A stretch of DNA of 64,000 bases from Clostridia bacterium (GTDB lineage: Bacteria > Bacillota > Clostridia > Oscillospirales > QAMX01), in NCBI GenBank assembly GCA_017532825.1, contig JAFXIT010000056.1, forward strand, positions 6,024 to 70,023, in the 5' to 3' direction. Below are positions 15,922 to 24,986 of this stretch, one piece after another. Position numbers and translations under genes: made by a program. The notes beneath the pieces are model-generated. The model did no database searches, was not told the origin of the DNA, and saw only the letters and a program-made list of their open reading frames with translations. Each line of letters opens with the position of its first letter. The first letter of the stretch is position 1.

Positions 15922-18222
15922 ATGGATTACAGTTTGAAAGAGGTCGCAGTCAGAATAAAGGATCTGCGAGAGGCGAAGGGATATACCCAAGAGGAGCTTG
16001 CAAAGCTTACGGGTGTATCGGTCGAGGAGTACCGTGTTCTGGAGGAAGGAAACACCGACTTCAGCTTTACCTTTATCTACAAGTGCGCCAAGGCCTGCGA
16101 CGTTGAGGTAGTGGACATTCTTGAAGGTCGAAGCACGACTCTTACCTCGTTTGCCATCACCAGAAAGGGTGACGGACTTAAGATATTGAAGCAGCACGGC
16201 GTTGAATATAATAACTTAGCCCCCAAATTCAAGGAAAAGCTTGCCGAGCCCTTCCTTGTAAAATTTCCCTACCTCCCCGAGGAACAGAATGCTCCGCTGA
16301 AGCTCAACTCTCACAACGGTCAGGAGTTCGACGTAATAGTTAAGGGCTCACTTAAGGTGCAGGTCGGCAACCACGTGGACGTTCTCAACGAGGGTGACTC
16401 CATCTTCTATAACAGCCTTATACCTCACGGAATGATCGCCGTCAGCGAAGGCGGATGCGAATTCCATGCAGTAGTCCTCAACCCTCAGGACGGCCTTGTG
16501 AGCGAGGAATATCCCGAGGTCCCATACGTTGCGGCTAAAAGGGTCGAGAAGCAGGCTGACGTGGCGACCGTCGCCGATAACTTCGTTGAATCCTTCTACG
16601 ATGAAAAGGGCGTATTTAACGGCATCAAATTCAAAAACGACGACAAATTTAACTTTGCCTTCGACTGCGTCGACGCCATCGCCGAAAAGACCCCCGACAA
16701 GCTTGCGATGCTGTGGGTCGCAAACGACAAGACCGACCGCAGATTTACCTTCAACGACATGAAAAAATATTCCGCAAGGACCGCCAACTACTTTGAGTCC
16801 CTCGGAATACAAAAGGGCGACACCGTAATGCTCGTTTTGAAGCGCCACTACCAGTTCTGGTTCTGTATGCTTGCCCTTCACAAGATCGGCGCCATCGCTA
16901 TCCCTGCCACCAATCAGCTCGTTGAGCACGACTTCACCTACCGATACAGGGCCGCAAAGGTAAAGGCAATAGTCTGTACCGCCGACGGCGAGGTGTCGAC
17001 CGAGGCTGAAAAGGCTGCCGCAGAATTTCCCGATATGCTTAAGATACTGGTCGACGGAAAGAAGGAAGGCTGGCACGACTTCAATCTGGAGATGGAGCGC
17101 TTCAGCTCCAAGTACAGCCGCACCGAAAATACTCCCTGCGGCTCCGATCCGATGCTGATGCTCTTTACCTCGGGCACGACCGGATATCCCCGTATCGCCA
17201 CCCACTCCTATAAGTATGCTCTGGGACACTATCCCACTGCAAGGCATTGGCACAACGTCAAGCCCGACGGCCTGCACTTTACCATCTCTGATACCGGCTG
17301 GGGAAAGGCACTCTGGGGCAAGCTGTACGGACAGTGGCTCTGCGAGGCAGGGGTGTTTACCTATGACTTCGACAGATTCCATTCCGAAGACATACTGCCG
17401 ATGTTTGCAAAGTACAATATCACCACCTTCTGCGCACCTCCCACGATGTACCGCTTCTTTATCAAAGAGGACCTTTCAAAGTACGACCTCTCGTCGATAC
17501 AGTACGCAACTACTGCCGGTGAGGCGCTCAACCCCGAGGTGTTCAACCAGTTTAAGAAGGCTACCGGACTTACCATAATGGAGGGCTTCGGTCAGACCGA
17601 GACCACTCTTTCGATAGCAAACTTCGTCGGCTCAACCCCCAAGATCGGCTCTATGGGCAGACCCAGCCCCCTCTACGACGTCGTTGTTCTCGATCCCGAC
17701 GGCAACGAATGTCAGGTCGGCGATACGGGCGAGATCTGCATCCGCACCAAGGACGGCGCTCCCTGCGGTCTCTTTATCGGATATTACCTTGACGAGGAAA
17801 AGACAAACGAGGTCTGGCACGACGGCTTCTACCACACGGGCGACCAGGCGACCATGGACGAGGACGGATACCTTTGGTACGTCGGACGTATCGACGACGT
17901 CATCAAGTCCTCCGGCTACCGTATAGGACCCTTCGAGATCGAAAGTGTCATCATGGAGCTTCCTTACGTTCTTGAATGTGCCGTCACCCCCGTACCCGAC
18001 GAGGTCAGAGGCCAGATAGTAAAGGCTACCGTCGTTTTGGTAAAGGGTCAGAAGGGGTCCGACGAGCTCAAAAAGAATATCCAGGAATACGTCAAGACCC
18101 ATACCGCTCCCTACAAATATCCGAGAATAGTCGAATTTGTAGATGAGCTTCCAAAGACCATAAGCGGCAAGGTAAGACGTGTCGAGATACGCAAAAACGA
18201 CCTCAAAAATCTCCAAAAGTAA
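15922..18222 (+). CDS. XRE-HTH + cupin domain fused to an AMP-forming acyl-CoA synthetase (ACSM/Acs-like)
   Basis: The N-terminal ~200 aa are an HTH_3 domain (…LTQEELAKLTGVS…) followed by a cupin. The remaining ~570 aa are an AMP-binding enzyme (LFTSGTTGYPR, GFGQTET, GDxxxxDEDGYLWYVGRxDDVIKSSGYRI, …ISGKVRR). RBS AAGGAGA precedes ATG 15922. Confidence 0.7.
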   Translation: MDYSLKEVAVRIKDLREAKGYTQEELAKLTGVSVEEYRVLEEGNTDFSFTFIYKCAKACDVEVVDILEGRSTTLTSFAITRKGDGLKILKQHGVEYNNLAPKFKEKLAEPFLVKFPYLPEEQNAPLKLNSHNGQEFDVIVKGSLKVQVGNHVDVLNEGDSIFYNSLIPHGMIAVSEGGCEFHAVVLNPQDGLVSEEYPEVPYVAAKRVEKQADVATVADNFVESFYDEKGVFNGIKFKNDDKFNFAFDCVDAIAEKTPDKLAMLWVANDKTDRRFTFNDMKKYSARTANYFESLGIQKGDTVMLVLKRHYQFWFCMLALHKIGAIAIPATNQLVEHDFTYRYRAAKVKAIVCTADGEVSTEAEKAAAEFPDMLKILVDGKKEGWHDFNLEMERFSSKYSRTENTPCGSDPMLMLFTSGTTGYPRIATHSYKYALGHYPTARHWHNVKPDGLHFTISDTGWGKALWGKLYGQWLCEAGVFTYDFDRFHSEDILPMFAKYNITTFCAPPTMYRFFIKEDLSKYDLSSIQYATTAGEALNPEVFNQFKKATGLTIMEGFGQTETTLSIANFVGSTPKIGSMGRPSPLYDVVVLDPDGNECQVGDTGEICIRTKDGAPCGLFIGYYLDEEKTNEVWHDGFYHTGDQATMDEDGYLWYVGRIDDVIKSSGYRIGPFEIESVIMELPYVLECAVTPVPDEVRGQIVKATVVLVKGQKGSDELKKNIQEYVKTHTAPYKYPRIVEFVDELPKTISGKVRRVEIRKNDLKNLQK

Positions 18223-18266
18223 AAACCGAGTCCTTTTTCCGACACCGTTCGGTCGGCAAGGACAAA

Positions 18267-18301
18267 AGAAACCCCCGTCTGTTTTCATAACAGGCGGGGT
18301 T
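18267..18301. terminator. bidirectional terminator
   Basis: aaacccccgtctgtt-ttcat-aacaggcggggttt. Confidence 0.6.
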
Positions 18302-18354
18302 TAAATCAGCTTAATATATACCGTCACGGAGGTAGGGCTCGTGTGCCGAGTCGG

Positions 18355-18633
18355 TTATGACATCCTTCCAAGCAAGTACCCTTTGGAATATGCCGCAGCC
18401 GCCGTCTTCACCGAGCTCCGGTCGGGGGTCGCCCTTATAACGGCGTAGCTTGAAAGCCGAAGGTCGACGCTTTTTTGTGGGTCGGCGGGGGTGGCTATCG
18501 GCTTGGAGATGGGGTAGACTCCGTCGGGGAAAAAGATGGTGCGGTTTGGGTTGGAGTCAATGAGCTCTTGGATAATGTCCGAAAGTTCGCTCTCGCTGCC
18601 GCTTATATAGTCTGCGACCTTAAATACAGACAT
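18355..18633 (-). CDS. hypothetical small protein
   Basis: 92-aa ORF downstream of the coaD-linked genes. I recognise no domain. Confidence 0.3.
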   Translation of the reverse strand: MSVFKVADYISGSESELSDIIQELIDSNPNRTIFFPDGVYPISKPIATPADPQKSVDLRLSSYAVIRATPDRSSVKTAAAAYSKGYLLGRMS

Positions 18634-18691
18634 ACTTTACTCCGTTAGAAAAAAGGACGCTCCACGGCTGTGGAACGTCCTTTTAGCGTTT

Positions 18692-19258
18692 TTATTTACC
18701 CTGAAGCTGCTTGAACTGAGCCTTTGCACGGGCAAGGTCGGCAAGTGCGGCGGAGATGGATTCCTCCGAGCGGGCAAGTGCGTCGTCGACGAAACGGGTC
18801 GTCATGGCACGCAGCTCGTTGGAGCGGACCTCGGCGGTCTTCATTATCTCGGCGGCCTGGGCTTCTGCAGATGCGATCAGCTGTGCGGCCTTTTCCTCTG
18901 CAACGGTGATCGACTCACGGGCCTTTTCGACGGTGGCCTGGCCAAGCTCCTTGGCCATTTGGGTAGCTTCACGCATGATGTTGGATTCCGAGACCATAGT
19001 CTTGGCTCTGTCCTCGGCTGCACGGATGATGGCGTCAGCATCACGTCTTGCGGCGGCTGTCAGCTCAACACGGGACTCAACTATCGCACGTGCCTGCTGG
19101 ATATCTCCGGGAAGGGCGGCCCTTATCTCCTCGAGTATGTCAAGAACACGGGCTCTTTCGAGTACGACCTTGCCGCCGCTGAGGGGCATAGACCAAGCTT
19201 CGGCAACCATATCGCCGAGTATGGCCAGCAAATCTTCTACGCTGTGTTTTTCTTCCAT
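18692..19258 (-). CDS. hypothetical coiled-coil protein (Ala/Glu/Arg-rich)
   Basis: 188 aa, predicted to be a long alpha-helical coiled coil. It lies downstream of coaD. Confidence 0.35.
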   Translation of the reverse strand: MEEKHSVEDLLAILGDMVAEAWSMPLSGGKVVLERARVLDILEEIRAALPGDIQQARAIVESRVELTAAARRDADAIIRAAEDRAKTMVSESNIMREATQMAKELGQATVEKARESITVAEEKAAQLIASAEAQAAEIMKTAEVRSNELRAMTTRFVDDALARSEESISAALADLARAKAQFKQLQGK

Positions 19259-19290
19259 GGGTATGCAGCCTCCTGTATGTATTGTTGTAG

Positions 19291-19770
19291 TTACTGTTTT
19301 CCGAATTTTTCTTCAAGCCGGGATATGACCTCGGCAGTGAAAAACGCTGATGCGTCGGCACCCAACGAAATGAGATGAAGTCCGACAGAGGTGCTGATAT
19401 GGGAATGCTGGGGAAGTGAGGGGAGGAAGAGGGTCTCGACACCGCAGAGCATACGGTTGACCGAAGCGATCTCCTGCTCGTAGGTAAGGTCGGCAGGGGA
19501 ACGGATGCCCTTGACGATGACCGTGATACCGTTCTTGCGGATATAGTCGGCACAAAGCCCGTCAAATGCGTCCACCGAGACGTTTTCAAGTCCTGCGGTC
19601 ATAGCCCTGAGGATCTCTGAGCGTTCCTCCAGGGAAAAGACCGACTGCTTTTTTGCGTTCTGCATGGCAAGCACGGTCACGCTGTCAAATAGCTCGGATG
19701 CACGGCGTATGATATCCAGATGGCCAAGCGTTGCCGGGTCGAAGCTTCCGGGGATGAGCGCCTTGGTCAT
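19291..19770 (-). CDS. coaD: phosphopantetheine adenylyltransferase
   Basis: ALIPGSFDPATLGHLDIIRRA…; 159 aa. Confidence 0.85.
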   Translation of the reverse strand: MTKALIPGSFDPATLGHLDIIRRASELFDSVTVLAMQNAKKQSVFSLEERSEILRAMTAGLENVSVDAFDGLCADYIRKNGITVIVKGIRSPADLTYEQEIASVNRMLCGVETLFLPSLPQHSHISTSVGLHLISLGADASAFFTAEVISRLEEKFGKQ

Positions 19771-20324
19771 TTTTCCTCTCCACGCTTTCTGTAAATGGTG
19801 ACCGCCGTCTGACCGTAACGGTAGCTTCTGAATTTCTCCAGATAATCTCCCGAATCGGGCACCGAATCGGACAGTGCACTCTCACATACTATTATACCAT
19901 TTTCTGCGAGTATGTCAAACGATTCTATAAAAGAAATTATTCTTGTTATATATCCCTGGCGGTAGGGAGGGTCAAGGAAGATTATATTGAACCTGCGCTT
20001 GGGCGCACTTTTGAGGTAGGCCTTGTAGTCGGTACGGATGACGACGGCACGGTCGGCAAGTCCGGTGTGAGCAAGGTTTTCCTCTATGACGTGGAAGGCC
20101 TCGGGCGAGTTGTCGATAAATACCGCACTCTCCGCCCCGCGGCTGAGGGCTTCTATGCCAAGCTGTCCCGTGCCTGCAAAGAGGTCGAGGACCTTTCTGC
20201 CCTCCAGCTCAAACTGTATGGCACTGAAGAGACCCTCCTTTACCTTGTCGCCGGTGGGTCTGGTTTCAAGCCCGGGTACGCTTTTGAGCTTGAGACCGCC
20301 TGCGGAACCTGTAATAACCCTCAT
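19767..20324 (-). CDS. rsmD: 16S rRNA (guanine966-N2)-methyltransferase
   Basis: LDLFAGTGQLGIEALSRGA…DPPY. Conserved rsmD-coaD pair. Confidence 0.8.
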   Translation of the reverse strand: MRVITGSAGGLKLKSVPGLETRPTGDKVKEGLFSAIQFELEGRKVLDLFAGTGQLGIEALSRGAESAVFIDNSPEAFHVIEENLAHTGLADRAVVIRTDYKAYLKSAPKRRFNIIFLDPPYRQGYITRIISFIESFDILAENGIIVCESALSDSVPDSGDYLEKFRSYRYGQTAVTIYRKRGEEK

Positions 20325-22126
20325 TTGTGTTCATCTCCGTTAAAATAATCGTATACCGCAACTGCGGCGGGAGCGGGGACGACCTCCGAAAGGGCGGAGA
20401 CGTCTGCTTTTTTTATGGCATTGAGACTGCCGAATTTTTTCATAAGTGCTAAGGCACGTGCCTTCCCGATACCGGGAATGGAGGTAAGTGCCGATGAAAC
20501 TGCCTTTTTTGACCGCTTGGCACGGTGGTAGGTGATGGCAAAGCGGTGGACCTCGTTTTGTATACCCGCAACGAGGGCAAATACCGCAGGGGTGGACGAG
20601 AGTCCTATCTCCTGCCCCGACGGGGTGACGAGGGCTCTTGTGGTATGGCGGTCGTCCTTTACCATGCCAAGCACCGCCGTGGTAAGCCCTGCCTCGGAAA
20701 GCGCCTCGACCGCAGATGATGCCTGTGGGGCGGCACCGTCGGTGAGTATAAGGTCGGGAAGGGGATCTTCGGTATGCTTTAAACGGCGTGAGATGATCTC
20801 CTTCATAGCCGCACAGTCGTCGGGTGCGGAGATGCTTTTTACGCTGTATCTGCGGTAGAGCGACTTATCGGGCCTGCCGTCAAGGTAGACGATGCGTGAG
20901 GCGACGATGGAATCGCTTCCGGTGTTTGAAATATCGTAGCTTTCGATCTTTTTGGGCGGTGAGGGGAGAAGGGCTATGCGGGCAAGCTCGCTCAGGGCAA
21001 AGCCCACCTTTTCGGATTCGGTGGTCGTACGCTCGGTCTCTGCACGGGCGTTGCTCTCGGCCATGTCAAGAAGCTTGCGGTTGAGGCCTCTTTGGGGAAG
21101 CTCGAAGGACACCTTTCGTCCTGCTGCCTCGCTCAACAGCCTGCCCAAAAGCTCCATATCCTCAAATGCGGTAGGTATAAGGATGCGGTCGGGGAGGAGG
21201 GATGCGGATGAATAGTAGCGAATGATAAATTCGGAAAAGATATCGGCGCATTCCTCCCTTAAAGAGTAGGCAAAGGTCTGCACCCTCTGGGATGCAACGA
21301 TGCCGCCTCGGATGGAGAGGACGGAGAGGGCCATCTTGCTCTCTCCTATGAAATATCCCACTGCGTCTGTGGCTCCTCGGTCACGGGAGACGATCTTTTG
21401 CTTGGTATCCAGCCGTGATATCGCCGAGATGCGGTCACGAAGTATTGCGGCACGCTCAAATTCCAGTTTTTCGGCGGCGGCCTCCATATCCTCCTGCAGC
21501 TTTTGGGAAAGTTCCTTGTAACCGCCGTTTATTATGGTGACTGCCTGGTCTATCAGGTCACGGTAGTGTGCCTTGTCATACTTTCCGGTGCATACACCGT
21601 AGCACCTGCCGGTGCGGTAGTGCAGGCAGGGACGGTCCTTACCGATGTCACGGGGGAACTTCTTTGAACAAAGCGGGAGCTTTAAGGCTTCGGATACCGA
21701 TTCGATGACCGAAAATGCGATACTGCGGCCGCCGTACGGGCCGAAATATTCCGCGCCGTCGTCGCTTCTGCGGTTTACCACCTCAAATACGGGGTATTCC
21801 TTTCTTCGGTCGAGACGGATAAAGGGGTAGCCCTTATCGTCCTTCAAAAGTATATTGTATCTCGGTTTGTACTGCTTTATAAGCTGACATTCCAGCATCA
21901 GCGCCTCAAATTCCGAGGCGGTGACGATATACTCAAGCCTTGCGGCCGCAGAGACCATCTTTGCGGTCTTGGGGCTCATGTCAGCCGATCTGTGGAAATA
22001 CTGGGTAACTCTGTTTTTAAGCAGCTTCGCCTTGCCGACGTATATTACGTTTCCGTCGGCATCGTAGAACATATACACTCCCGGAAGCAAGGGGAGGGAA
22101 AGCGCTTTTTGATGAAGTTCGTCCAT
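20321..22126 (-). CDS. uvrC: excinuclease ABC subunit C
   Basis: GIY-YIG N-terminus (GVYMFYDADGNVIYVGKAKLLKNR), UvrC length, C-terminal HhH. Confidence 0.85.
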   Translation of the reverse strand: MDELHQKALSLPLLPGVYMFYDADGNVIYVGKAKLLKNRVTQYFHRSADMSPKTAKMVSAAARLEYIVTASEFEALMLECQLIKQYKPRYNILLKDDKGYPFIRLDRRKEYPVFEVVNRRSDDGAEYFGPYGGRSIAFSVIESVSEALKLPLCSKKFPRDIGKDRPCLHYRTGRCYGVCTGKYDKAHYRDLIDQAVTIINGGYKELSQKLQEDMEAAAEKLEFERAAILRDRISAISRLDTKQKIVSRDRGATDAVGYFIGESKMALSVLSIRGGIVASQRVQTFAYSLREECADIFSEFIIRYYSSASLLPDRILIPTAFEDMELLGRLLSEAAGRKVSFELPQRGLNRKLLDMAESNARAETERTTTESEKVGFALSELARIALLPSPPKKIESYDISNTGSDSIVASRIVYLDGRPDKSLYRRYSVKSISAPDDCAAMKEIISRRLKHTEDPLPDLILTDGAAPQASSAVEALSEAGLTTAVLGMVKDDRHTTRALVTPSGQEIGLSSTPAVFALVAGIQNEVHRFAITYHRAKRSKKAVSSALTSIPGIGKARALALMKKFGSLNAIKKADVSALSEVVPAPAAVAVYDYFNGDEHK

Positions 22127-22194
22127 GCCGACCTCCGGACCTTAGAAAAAGAGGCGGAGACAATCTCTCCGCCGCATTTGTGCCAAATACCCTT

Positions 22195-22467
22195 TTACAT
22201 AATACCGTCGGCGAAATCCGACTCTATAAGTGCACAGAGCTCGTCAATGGCGGCCTGCTGGTCGGGACCGTCGGCAATTATCCTGATGGTGGTTCCCTTG
22301 GTCACGCCCAAAGAAAGAACTCCCAGCAGGCTCTTGGCGCTGACACGGCGGTCTTCGCACTCGACCCATATCCCGGAGCGGAACTTATTGGCGCGCTGAA
22401 TGAAAAAGGTGGCGGGGCGGGCGTGCAGTCCCACCTGATTCGTTACAGTAATGTCCTTTGAAAGCAT
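22195..22467 (-). CDS. ptsH: phosphocarrier protein HPr
   Basis: 90 aa with GLHARPA around the His15 site. Confidence 0.8.
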   Translation of the reverse strand: MLSKDITVTNQVGLHARPATFFIQRANKFRSGIWVECEDRRVSAKSLLGVLSLGVTKGTTIRIIADGPDQQAAIDELCALIESDFADGIM

Positions 22468-22821
22468 CTACAATATCCTCCCCGGAAGACGGTAATTATA
22501 CGAATTGAATATAATCTACTGTATAAGGATACCCGTATTTTACCAAAAAGTCAAGTCGAAGATGCCATTTTTTTAATTTTTTGTCTTTTTGCCTAAAGTG
22601 GTTTTGTTTTGGGATGATTCTATGTCAACTTTGACCTATCATTTTGGCGAAAAATCTGTCTCGGAAAAGCTGCGGACTATCTCCCGATTGCCGATCCCGT
22701 TAAATACCGAATAAAGGTAAATCGGTTGGAAAATATAACAGAACAAATGTTCTAATGTGGGGTTATCCCAATAAAACTCAAAAAAAGACAATTTTTTTAA
22801 AGTTTTTTTCTTAAAACCTAT

Positions 22822-22850
22822 TGCAATTTTGAGAGGGGCAATGTATAATA
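22822..22850 (+). promoter_or_regulatory. mraZ promoter
   Basis: TTGCAA, 17-nt spacer, TATAAT (22845-22850). Confidence 0.45.
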
Positions 22851-22857
22851 ACAGCAT

Positions 22858-22890
22858 AGTGGATGGAAAGTGGAAGTAAAGTGGATGGAA
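22858..22890 (+). promoter_or_regulatory. MraZ-box-like direct repeats (3x AAGTGGA, 11-bp phasing)
   Basis: GTGG at 22859, 22870 and 22881, between the -10 box and the mraZ RBS. Confidence 0.5.
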
Positions 22891-22903
22891 AGGAGGGCGA
22901 AAG

Positions 22904-23323
22904 ATGCTTCTCGGCGGTTCGAAACATACAGTCGATGCAAAAGGCAGACTGTTTTTTCCTGCACGTTTTAAGGACGAGCTGTGGGAAAACCTGACCGTAT
23001 GCCGCGGCACGGAAAAATGTCTGATGGTGTTTGGCAAGGAAGAATGGGAAGCCTTCGCCCGTCGTATAAAGGAGCAGCCCTTCTCGGTCTCCTCCCAGCT
23101 CCAGCGCTACTTCTTCTCCAACGCCGCCGAGGTATCGGTAGACGCCCAGGGCAGACTTCTTCTGCCGCAGGGTCTGCGTGACTTCGCAGGTATCACCAAG
23201 GAGGTATGGGTGGTCGGCACCCAGGACCGTGCGGAGATATGGGACATCGGCGAGTGGGAGCGTTCACAGCAGCAGCTTACCAACGACGACGTTAAGAGCC
23301 TTATGGACAGGATAGGCTTCTGA
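22904..23323 (+). CDS. mraZ: transcriptional regulator MraZ
   Basis: 139 aa with a duplicated MraZ domain (…DAKGRLFFPARF…, …DAQGRLLLPQGL…). Confidence 0.85.
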   Translation: MLLGGSKHTVDAKGRLFFPARFKDELWENLTVCRGTEKCLMVFGKEEWEAFARRIKEQPFSVSSQLQRYFFSNAAEVSVDAQGRLLLPQGLRDFAGITKEVWVVGTQDRAEIWDIGEWERSQQQLTNDDVKSLMDRIGF

Positions 23324-23324
23324 T

Positions 23325-24260
23325 ATGAGCTTTGAACACAAATCGGTGCTTCTTGAGGAGTGCCTTGAGGGGCTTGATATAAAGCCCGACGGTATATACG
23401 TTGACTGTACCCTGGGCGGCGGAGGACATTCCTACCACATAGCAAGCCGTCTTGAGGGCGGTAGGCTTATCGGGCTTGACCGTGACGACGATGCGCTCAA
23501 AGCGGCAGGGGAGAGGCTTTCCTGCTTCGGAGAGAGGGTAGTCCTCTACAAGACCAACTTCTCCGAGCTTTCCTCGGCGCTCGATGACCTCGGAATAGAC
23601 AAGGTCGACGGATTTTTATTCGATCTCGGCGTTTCGTCCTACCAGCTGGACACGCCCGAGAGAGGCTTTTCTTACAGATACGACGCTCCGTTAGATATGC
23701 GTATGGACCGAACATCCGGCATAACGGCGGCTGAACTGATAGAGACAGCCGAGTACGGTGAGCTGGTAGCGATATTGAGAGACTACGGCGAAGAGAAGTT
23801 TGCTCCCCAGATCGCCTCGGCGATAATAAGGGCAAGACAGACCTCGCCGATAGATACCACCTTTGCACTGCGTGACGTAGTGGCCTCGGCGTTTCCCGCA
23901 AAGGCCAGAGCAAAGGAAAAGCAGCACCCCGCAAAGCGGAGCTTTCAGGCCTTCAGAATAGCGGTAAACTCCGAGCTTGAAAGCGTACGAAGCGGCGTTT
24001 CCTCGGCGGTGGACAGGCTCAAAAGCGGCGGCAGGATATGCGTTATATCCTTTCATTCGCTTGAAGACCGCATAGTAAAAAACATATTTGCCGAGGCTGC
24101 CGAGGGTTGCACCTGCCCCAGAGACTTTCCCGTCTGTGTGTGCGGAGCGGACCCCAAGCTTAAGCTGATAACCAAGCACCCCATAACATCAAAAGAGGAC
24201 GAGCTGGAGGACAACTCCAGAGCTCACAGCGCAAAGCTCCGTATTGCGGAGCGCAGGTAA
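23325..24260 (+). CDS. rsmH: 16S rRNA (cytosine1402-N4)-methyltransferase
   Basis: MraW/RsmH motifs (YVDCTLGGGGHS…). Confidence 0.85.
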   Translation: MSFEHKSVLLEECLEGLDIKPDGIYVDCTLGGGGHSYHIASRLEGGRLIGLDRDDDALKAAGERLSCFGERVVLYKTNFSELSSALDDLGIDKVDGFLFDLGVSSYQLDTPERGFSYRYDAPLDMRMDRTSGITAAELIETAEYGELVAILRDYGEEKFAPQIASAIIRARQTSPIDTTFALRDVVASAFPAKARAKEKQHPAKRSFQAFRIAVNSELESVRSGVSSAVDRLKSGGRICVISFHSLEDRIVKNIFAEAAEGCTCPRDFPVCVCGADPKLKLITKHPITSKEDELEDNSRAHSAKLRIAERR

Positions 24261-24278
24261 AGAACAAGGAGGGCGACG

Positions 24279-24851
24279 ATGGCAGAGAAGAGACTTGCTT
24301 CCCCGGAAGAGATATATGAGCTTCGAAGCAACGTAGCACGTACTGACGGCAACGCCGTAGTAGCCCCCGGCCGTATACCCGAGCATCAGCCTGCTCCGAG
24401 TCCTGTACCAAGGCCGGTACGCCGCCCCGTTGTCCTTCCCGAGACTGCACCCCGTCCGGGAGTGCGTCCCAGACGGAGAATAAGCTTCCTGTTTATAGCG
24501 ATAATGGTCGTTGCATCTGCGCTGCTTATACAGGTGGTCGGCGGATACTCCGAGCTCAACGCCATTGCGGCGGAGTGCGAGAGTCTCAAGGAGGAGATAA
24601 CTGCCCTTGAAAAGCAGACCTCCGCACTTGAGTACCAGCTTGACATGGTCATGCCGCTTGCATACGTGGAACAGTACGCCCGTAACCAGTTGGGCATGTC
24701 GCTTCCGAGTGCGTCCGACAGAGTGCTGGTAGGACAAAACAATACCGAAAGCTACTACGTAGCCTCCGCACAAGAAGAGAAAGGATTTCTTTCCGAGGCG
24801 TGGGAGGCCTTGAAGGATGTTGCCCTGACGGTGTGGAATTTTGTCAATTAA
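24279..24851 (+). CDS. ftsL: cell division protein FtsL-like (septum formation initiator)
   Basis: Pro-rich cytoplasmic N-terminus, one transmembrane helix, coiled-coil periplasmic part. Position matches the dcw cluster. Confidence 0.6.
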   Translation: MAEKRLASPEEIYELRSNVARTDGNAVVAPGRIPEHQPAPSPVPRPVRRPVVLPETAPRPGVRPRRRISFLFIAIMVVASALLIQVVGGYSELNAIAAECESLKEEITALEKQTSALEYQLDMVMPLAYVEQYARNQLGMSLPSASDRVLVGQNNTESYYVASAQEEKGFLSEAWEALKDVALTVWNFVN

Positions 24852-24986
24852 TCAAGAAATACAGATAAAAACGGCGGGACGGAGTGTTTTCTCTGTCTTG
24901 CCGCTTTGCCTTTAAATGCCGATGAGATACATATATCCGACAGCACGGAAATATGATGTAGTAAAAACTTTGCAGGGGAGAAAAAC

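Noticed and set aside
22468-22820. Long AT-rich intergenic region between ptsH and mraZ, examined for hidden small genes or riboswitches.
   Set aside because: No ORF with an RBS and no recognisable structured-RNA motif. It reads as a divergent promoter region.
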